Assembly: GCA_963663805.2 (NCBI GenBank)
Contig: CAXXMR010000009.1
Coordinates: 352,001-416,000, forward strand
Direction: 5' to 3'
Source of the DNA: Sedimentisphaerales bacterium
GTDB taxonomy: Bacteria > Planctomycetota > Phycisphaerae > Sedimentisphaerales > SM23-30
Length of the DNA stretch: 64,000 bases
The notes under the pieces are model-generated. The model saw nothing but the letters and a program-made list of their open reading frames with translations. It searched no databases and was not told where the DNA came from. Positions 57,894-64,000 of the stretch are shown here, piece by piece. Every line of letters begins with the position of its first letter. Position 1 is the stretch's first letter. The position numbers and the translations under genes were made by a program.

Positions 57894-58740
57894 ATACAAA
57901 GAACCGCTTTCGGAGCATACCTGGTTCAAACTGGGTGGGCCAGCAAAGTATTTTATTGAACCACGCAGTATGGAAGAGCTGGTGGACGTGGTTAAACGTT
58001 GCCACGAAAACTCAGTGCGGGTTTATGTGCTGGGCAAGGGTTCGAATATTCTGGTCGCCGACGAAGGTGTCGATGGTGCGGTGATACGTCTTTCGCAGAA
58101 GGCTTTTTGTAAAATTACTATCGATGACAATAAGGTGACGGTGGCTGCGGGGGTGGCTTTGAGTCAGTTGATGCGTGAATGTGCCCGGGCGGGGCTGAGC
58201 GGGCTGGAATGTATGGCCGGAATTCCGGGCTGTCTGGGCGGGGCTTTGCGGATAAACGCTGGCGGGCGGTTTGGCGATATTGGCAGTGTCACACAGTCGG
58301 TCAAGATGATGGATACCAGCGGTTTTGAGCTGGAACGCCATCGCAGCGATTTGTACTTTGGCTATCGTGAAACGAATATTTCAGAGCTCTTTATTACCGA
58401 GGCAACGCTGGAACTGGTGCCGGAAGACCCGGAGCGGATCGGCCGTTCGATTAAGGAAGTGTGGGTTATTAAGAAAAACTCGCAGCCGATGTACAGTCGC
58501 AACGCTGGTTGCATTTTCAAAAATCCGCGGGCTCTGTCAGCCGGGGCTCTGATAGATAAGGCTGGGCTCAAGGGTACCAAAGTGGGCGGGGCGATGGTGA
58601 GTGATCGGCATGCGAATTTTATTGTGGCTAAGGGCCAGACTAAGGCCGCCGATGTACTCAAGCTGATTGACCAGGTTCGCCAGGCGGTTCAGGAGCGTTT
58701 CGATGTGACGCTGGAGCTTGAGGTGGAAGTCTGGAAATGA
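57859..58740 (+). CDS. murB: UDP-N-acetylenolpyruvoylglucosamine reductase
   Basis: GGPA, GKGSNIL, GIPG..GGA..NAG, AGCIFKNP, HANF and LELEV motifs. Confidence 0.97.
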   Translation: MKLFAGLNDIVKYKEPLSEHTWFKLGGPAKYFIEPRSMEELVDVVKRCHENSVRVYVLGKGSNILVADEGVDGAVIRLSQKAFCKITIDDNKVTVAAGVALSQLMRECARAGLSGLECMAGIPGCLGGALRINAGGRFGDIGSVTQSVKMMDTSGFELERHRSDLYFGYRETNISELFITEATLELVPEDPERIGRSIKEVWVIKKNSQPMYSRNAGCIFKNPRALSAGALIDKAGLKGTKVGGAMVSDRHANFIVAKGQTKAADVLKLIDQVRQAVQERFDVTLELEVEVWK

Positions 58741-59657
58741 CGCTGCCCAGGGTTTTGGTGTTGATGGGCGGTCCTTCGGCGGAGCGTGAGGTCTCGCTGG
58801 TTAGCGGTGAGGCAGTGGCGCTGGCTCTGGAAGGGGCGGGCTATCCTGTTCTGCGAGGTGATATTTCGCCGGATGATTTGAGTTTGCTGGACGGTGATTT
58901 TGATATGGTTTTTCCGGTGCTGCACGGCCCATTTGGCGAGGATGGCCAGTTGCAGGAGATACTGGAAGAGCGGGGTCTTAAATATGTTGGTTCAGATGCG
59001 ACCGCTTCACGACTGGCGATGGATAAGTATTTGGCAAAAAAGGTGTTCGAGCGGTCGGGGCTGACGGTGCCGCCCGGCGAACTGGTTGATGAAGGGGCTT
59101 CGCGGCATGATATTGAAGCGATATTGGGCAGGCTGGCCGGGCCGTGGGTTATCAAGCCGAATTGCCAGGGAAGCAGTATTGGCATTACCATAACCGGTGA
59201 TGTGGGGGTGGCGTGCGGGGCGATTGAGGCTGCTGTTAAGGATTACGGGCCTTCTCTCGTGGAAACGTGCATAAAAGGGCGTGAATTTACGGTAGGCGTT
59301 CTGGGTTGTGCCCCTTTGCCGCTGGTGGAAATCGTGCCCGCGGAGGGTTTTTATGATTATAAAGCCAAATATCTGGCCGACAGTACCCGGTATGAGTTTG
59401 ATATTGATTTACCTTGTGAATTGATAGGCAAAATGTCTCAGGCGGGGCTTGATGCGTTTAACGCTCTTGGTTGCAGGCATTTAGGGCGGATAGACTTGAT
59501 TTTGGATGGAGCGGGGCGAATTTATGTGCTGGAAGTCAATACTCTGCCGGGTTTTACCGACCATTCACTGGTACCCAAGGCTGCCGGGCGGGCAGGGATG
59601 AGCATGGGGCAAATATGCTCCGCGATTGTACTAATGGCACTTGATCGTCCGATATAG
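58737..59657 (+). CDS. ddl: D-alanine--D-alanine ligase
   Basis: GGPSAEREVSL, LHGPFGEDG, GSSIG, FYDYKAKY and EVNTLPGFT motifs. Confidence 0.97.
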   Translation: MTLPRVLVLMGGPSAEREVSLVSGEAVALALEGAGYPVLRGDISPDDLSLLDGDFDMVFPVLHGPFGEDGQLQEILEERGLKYVGSDATASRLAMDKYLAKKVFERSGLTVPPGELVDEGASRHDIEAILGRLAGPWVIKPNCQGSSIGITITGDVGVACGAIEAAVKDYGPSLVETCIKGREFTVGVLGCAPLPLVEIVPAEGFYDYKAKYLADSTRYEFDIDLPCELIGKMSQAGLDAFNALGCRHLGRIDLILDGAGRIYVLEVNTLPGFTDHSLVPKAAGRAGMSMGQICSAIVLMALDRPI

Positions 59658-59662
59658 TGTTT

Positions 59663-60601
59663 ATGGCTCGAAAAAAGAAAAAGAAACAACAAATCGGTAT
59701 AGTTGAGCAGATAGGCGAATTTCTGGATTCAGAACACTGGTCAGCGATGAAGGGTAAACTGGGCAAGTTTCTGCTGGTGATTATCCTGCTGGGCGGGGTT
59801 TGCGGCGGTTTTGCCTTTCTGGATGGTTATGTTCAGCGGGTTGGTCGCCAGCGGGGTACTACACTTACGGTCAAGATGGTTAATCAGCCGTCCTGGGCCA
59901 GTACGGAGCTGGTGCAGCAGGTGTGTTTTTCCACGGGAATTCGCTGTGACGATGACCTGATGAACGATACGCTGACGCAGAACTGGGCCGCTAACCTGCG
60001 GGGTAATCCCTGGGTGCGGCAGGTTAATTTGATTCGCAAGTGTTATGACGGGCTGGTGGAGATTGACTGCGAATTACGTCGGCCGGTAGCGTCGATACGT
60101 CAGCAGAACAAGAGGTATTATCTGGATGCCGAAGGGGTAGTGCTGGAACATCTGCCGCTGGCGGATATTACCGATGCGGGGCACGTGGTGGAGCTTACCG
60201 GGGCGGTGCGGGCTTTGCCGGGAGTGGGCCAGATTGTGCAGGCTGACCAGATCGTGGCGGGTTTGCAGGTCCTGGTGATGATCAAAGAAGTTGACGACCA
60301 TTTGCCGGTGCGGGAAAGACTGTGGTCGGAACTGGCGCTGCTGGATGTGAGTAATTACGAGGGGCGTATCGACCGGGCGGCATCGCATCTGACGATTTAT
60401 ACGCATCACAATACCGAGGTGCGGTGGGGTGCGGCGATTAATCGTTCGAGGCCTTACGCTGAGGCGAGCGAGAAGAACAAACTGATGCAGCTTTATCAAT
60501 CGCACGCGATGTATAATTCACTGGACCAGTTTGAATATGTCGATTTGCGTGATTCGGGTAAGACTAAGTCTGATCCGGTAAAGCATTCTTTGCGGGGTTG
60601 A
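59663..60601 (+). CDS. ftsQ: FtsQ/DivIB-like membrane protein
   Basis: Basic N-terminus, one TM helix, POTRA-like PWVRQV...RRPVA...LDAEG, C-terminal YVDLR; canonical position after ddl. Confidence 0.7.
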   Translation: MARKKKKKQQIGIVEQIGEFLDSEHWSAMKGKLGKFLLVIILLGGVCGGFAFLDGYVQRVGRQRGTTLTVKMVNQPSWASTELVQQVCFSTGIRCDDDLMNDTLTQNWAANLRGNPWVRQVNLIRKCYDGLVEIDCELRRPVASIRQQNKRYYLDAEGVVLEHLPLADITDAGHVVELTGAVRALPGVGQIVQADQIVAGLQVLVMIKEVDDHLPVRERLWSELALLDVSNYEGRIDRAASHLTIYTHHNTEVRWGAAINRSRPYAEASEKNKLMQLYQSHAMYNSLDQFEYVDLRDSGKTKSDPVKHSLRG

Positions 60602-60724
60602 ATCCGCCGGTTTTCAAAAAGCTATCAATGCCGGAACAAATTGTTCCGAAGCCCCTTTTTTTGCAAAAATATTACGCTGTGGACTTGTACCAAAAATTAT
60701 CAAAAAAAGATATTATAGTATTTT

Positions 60725-61486
60725 CTACGAGAAATAAAGACTTGCACCCTTGACTATCAGGGCTAGGGATGAAATAACCGCCAGACTGGTTACGGTGATC
60801 TTAAATGCGCGGGCGGGGATGCGGTTTACCAGCAGGATGCCGAGTATTCCGCCGGTTATGATGGCGGGCAGCAGGGCCAGGTTGGTTAATAGTGAGGGGA
60901 TGGTTATCAGGCCGAGGCTGCTGCCGAAGGGGAGTTTGAGCAGGTTCATAATGAAGAAATACCAGGCGCGAGTGCCGAGGAACTGCTCTTTGTTGAATCG
61001 CATGGCCAGCAGGTAGATAATCATTACCGGTCCGGCAGCGTTGGCCATCATGGTGGTTATGCCGGCCAGTAGACCCATTGAGGCGGAAAAAGCCCAGTGG
61101 GTGGGGATATGGTCATCGGGAACATGTTTGTTACGCCAGGCGGTCAGCCCCAGTAAGGCAAGTACGACTATACCGATGATGGGCATGAGTTGTTGGCTGT
61201 TGACGATACGCAGCAGGAAAAAACCGATAATTACGCCAGCCAGAGCCCAGGGAATCAGGCGGGCCAGCTGGGACCAGATCGCATGGCGACGCCAGATGAG
61301 GATGGCCATCAGGTCAGCGACACAGAGCATGGGCAACAGAAAACCGACGGATTCCCTGGCCGGGATGACCCAGGCGAGTAGGGGGACTATTAGTATTCCG
61401 CCGCCGGGAATGCCGGTTTTGGAGAAGCCGGCCATTGCAGCACATGTCGCGACGATTATCCAGGCTGTAGTACTGAGTTCGAGCAT
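60725..61486 (-). CDS. Sulfite exporter TauE/SafE family protein
   Basis: GFSKTGIPGGG, LLPML..D, TMMANAAGP and NLLKLPF motifs. Confidence 0.9.
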   Translation of the reverse strand: MLELSTTAWIIVATCAAMAGFSKTGIPGGGILIVPLLAWVIPARESVGFLLPMLCVADLMAILIWRRHAIWSQLARLIPWALAGVIIGFFLLRIVNSQQLMPIIGIVVLALLGLTAWRNKHVPDDHIPTHWAFSASMGLLAGITTMMANAAGPVMIIYLLAMRFNKEQFLGTRAWYFFIMNLLKLPFGSSLGLITIPSLLTNLALLPAIITGGILGILLVNRIPARAFKITVTSLAVISSLALIVKGASLYFS

Positions 61487-61491
61487 TTCGT

Positions 61492-62525
61492 TTATTTATA
61501 TTTTGTTTTTTGGGCAGTGCCTTTGGTGTAGCTTTTTCCGGCTAGTTCCAGTACGTGGATGGGGCGGCGTGACCATTGAGGGGTTATAATTAGTTTGGCC
61601 TGGCCGGTTAAGTATTCAGCGACGTTCTGGTAATATCTGTGTGACTGGCTGGGGGGGTTACTGCCTGTTTTGATGGTTTTGGTGCCTTTGCCGTCGATGG
61701 TTATGAGCTTCCAGGTTTTCTGGTCGGTTACGATTGTGCCTTTGATGCCGGTGATTTCGAGTTGGCCTTCTTTGGCGTTGGCATCGAGGTTGGAAATGGT
61801 CAGGGTTGACCAGGAGCCGTTCTTATAGCGTATTACGGCGAAGCCTTCGTCTTCGTTAGTGTCTTTTCCCCAGGGGGTTTTATCGGCCCAGAAGCCGCTA
61901 TGGGCGAATCCTGATACTTCGGTGATTTCGGATTCGATAATCTGAAAAGTGTATTCGAGCAGGTGAACGCCCCAATCGTAGAGTATTCCGCCGGAGATGG
62001 TTTTGCTGGTACGCCACCAGGGGCCGGGGTTGGCGTAATTTGCCATGTGAGCTTCGACGCGGACGACTTCGCCAATTTTTCCGGCTTTAATCATTTTGAG
62101 TGCGTTGAGGATAAGGCCGTCCCAGTGCCGGTTGTGGTAGGTTGATAGTACGAGTTTGTGTTTCTGGGCCTGGTTAATCATGCTGTCACATTCGGCGGTG
62201 GTGATGGCCAGGGTTTTTCACAGACGATGTGGAGGCCTGCCTTGAGACATTGTAGGGCGAGTTGGGCGTGGGTGTTGTGAGGGGTGATGATGGTAGCGAG
62301 ATTGATGTCGGATTTTTTGAGCATTTGGTCTACGGATTTGTAGGTTTCGATGCCGGGCCATTCCTGAGCGGCAAGTTGGAGGTTCTGGTCGGAAAGGTCG
62401 CAGACCGCCAGGGGGGTCATACCGGCTTTCTTCATCTCGCGGAGATGAGTACGGCCCATGTTGAACAGGGGGCTATAGCCGATTACGCCGACTTTGATGT
62501 CTTTGGCTTTTTTGAAATGAGGCAT
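61492..62525 (-). CDS. Gfo/Idh/MocA oxidoreductase; split by a -1 C at about 62211-62213
   Basis: KVGVIG, TPHNTH, CEKP(LAITTAECDSM when restored), HNRHWD and GGILYDWGVH motifs. Confidence 0.88.
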
Positions 62526-62542
62526 GATATTTTCCCTTTCTA

Positions 62543-63194
62543 TTATTTTGCGGCCCAGATCATGCCGCGGCGGGTTATTTCCATTACTTCGGGTATTTGG
62601 AAGTCGGCGGCGACGTGGCCCAGTGAGCTGTAGAATACTTTACCTTTACCGTAGCGGCGTTTCCAGACGACGGGCATTACCGTGCCGGCGATCCAGTCGA
62701 TGTCGTTATATTGGCCGCTGAAGGTGGTGGCGGCGAGGACTTCGTTGGAAGGGTCATCGAGCATATAATATTGTTCGGATTTGATTTGGAAGTCGGCAAG
62801 GCCGTGGACGATGGGGTCTTGCGGTTTGGTGATGTTTACGGTGTATTCAATGTTGTTGCCGGGGTGGGAGACCCATTGGCCGCCGGTCATAAACTGATAT
62901 TCTGGGTTACCTCTAAAAGCATCGCACATGCCGCCGTGGAACCCGGCGATGCCTGTGCCTGCTCTTATAGCTTGAGTGAGGCTCTTTTCCTGGTCGGGGG
63001 TGAGTTGGCCCATGGTCCAGATTGGTATGAAAAGGTCGAGGGCGGCGAGTTTGTCCTGGTCGAGGCAGGGTGTCGAGAGTGTCGGAGATTTCAACCTCAA
63101 AACCAGACTGTTGCAGTACGGGGACGAGCAGGTCGGTGCATTGCTGAGGTTCGTGGCCCTGCCAGCCGCCCTGTATTATCAATGCTTTTTTCAT
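62543..63194 (-). CDS. ThuA-like (class I glutamine amidotransferase fold) protein; split by a +1 C at about 63068-63070
   Basis: [14 protein letters not shown] in one frame; [22 protein letters not shown] and YSSLGH in the next. Confidence 0.88.
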
Positions 63195-63452
63195 TTTCGG
63201 GGTCCTGTCCTGGTTGGAGCGGTGCCTGCCTTGGGCAGGGGTTGTTTAATTATCCGGCCGCTTACGCGCGCTCGTTTTTTGCGTTTTTACGAGGTCTAAT
63301 GTCAATGGCACTATTTTTATAGCTTAGGTGATAATTTAACGTTTTGGGGGATAATTTCCAGTTGAAAACTGAAAACGAAAAAGTTTTTTTACGAAACTTT
63401 TTCGTTGAATGTGTAAGTGAGTTAATGAGGAGCTTTGGGCATAGTTATGATA

Positions 63453-64000
63453 TCATCGGGGTTTTGGGCGAGAGGTGAAATGATAAGTTGTGCCTTTGCC
63501 GGGTTCAGATTGGAGGGATATCGTGCCGCCGTGCCTTTCTACGATTTTTTTGCGCGATGGCAAGTCCGATGCCGCCGCAGTTGGGACAGCCGTGGTCGGG
63601 GAGCTGGTAGAACATGTTGAAAATTTTGTCATGATGTTCAGGGGCGATGCCTTTGCCCTGATCGGTGAAGGTGATTTGCCAGAGGTTGTCCAGAACGTCA
63701 GCGGTAATTTTAATAGTGCTTTTTTGAGGGTAGCTCAGGGACCATGAATTACTTAATAGACAGCGAAAAAGTTGGGATACCAAATTTCGGTCACAAGCTA
63801 CGGTGGGGAGGTTTTCTTGTTCTATGGAGAATTTATTAAGGAAATCTTCGCCGAGTTCGCGTGCGGCCTGGTTAATGAGTTCTTTGAGGTCTGCCGGTTC
63901 AAACTTTAACCGGTCAAAGTCTGCGCGGGCATAACGCCATAAATCCTCTGTGACATTCATAACCTGATGGACGTTTGATTCCATATGTGAGAGGCATTTT
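63453..64000 (-). CDS. Sensor histidine kinase C-terminus (HATPase_c), 5' part outside the window; +1 A at about 63545-63551
   Basis: LLSN, DQGKGI, IFNMF, GIGLAI; restored frame continues QKIVERHGGTISLQSEPGKGTTYHF. Confidence 0.85.

Noticed and set aside
1..64000. tRNA, rRNA, prophage or defence genes
   Set aside because: No cloverleaf or rRNA-like segments and no phage or defence motifs were recognised; intergenic gaps are short and otherwise explained.

Overview
A 64 kb window from a Planctomycetota genome, most likely Phycisphaerae/Sedimentisphaerales-like. This is inferred from the DUF1559 prepilin-type proteins, PEP-CTERM proteins, EF-hand/dockerin-like tails, a long N-terminally extended sigma-70, and a dcw cluster lacking ftsA/ftsZ. 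Layout: (i) the end of an IS4 copy, then mixed housekeeping genes (tandem kinase-like protein, DUF4432 epimerase, sigma-70, folE, pepA, HDOD, M48, rnhB), 0.5-11 kb; (ii) a GntR-controlled sugar(-acid) catabolic operon, 11.3-22.2 kb; (iii) three consecutive cassettes, 22.3-44.3 kb, each containing a PEP-CTERM protein, a DUF1559 prepilin-type protein and secreted protein(s) ending in a DxxxDCxVDLxD...WL tail. Two cassettes sit with CAZymes, AraC/XylR regulators and (in one) an SSS transporter. The third sits behind a CxxC...RPPP (DUF2946/CruR-like) leader. I propose these cassettes are a modular surface capture system occupying the genomic slot of TonB-dependent receptors. (iv) A complete 1449 bp IS4 with 26 bp inverted repeats at a GC-skew switch; (v) orphan oppD/oppF followed by a deletion scar; (vi) murE-murF-mraY-ftsW-murG-murC-murB-ddl-ftsQ; (vii) TauE, Gfo/Idh/MocA, ThuA-like and a partial histidine kinase. 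Six single-base homopolymer indels split otherwise intact genes, probably long-read consensus errors. Two REP-like intergenic repeat families occur. No rRNA, tRNA or CRISPR array was recognised. All family assignments come from motif recognition by eye, not from database searches.
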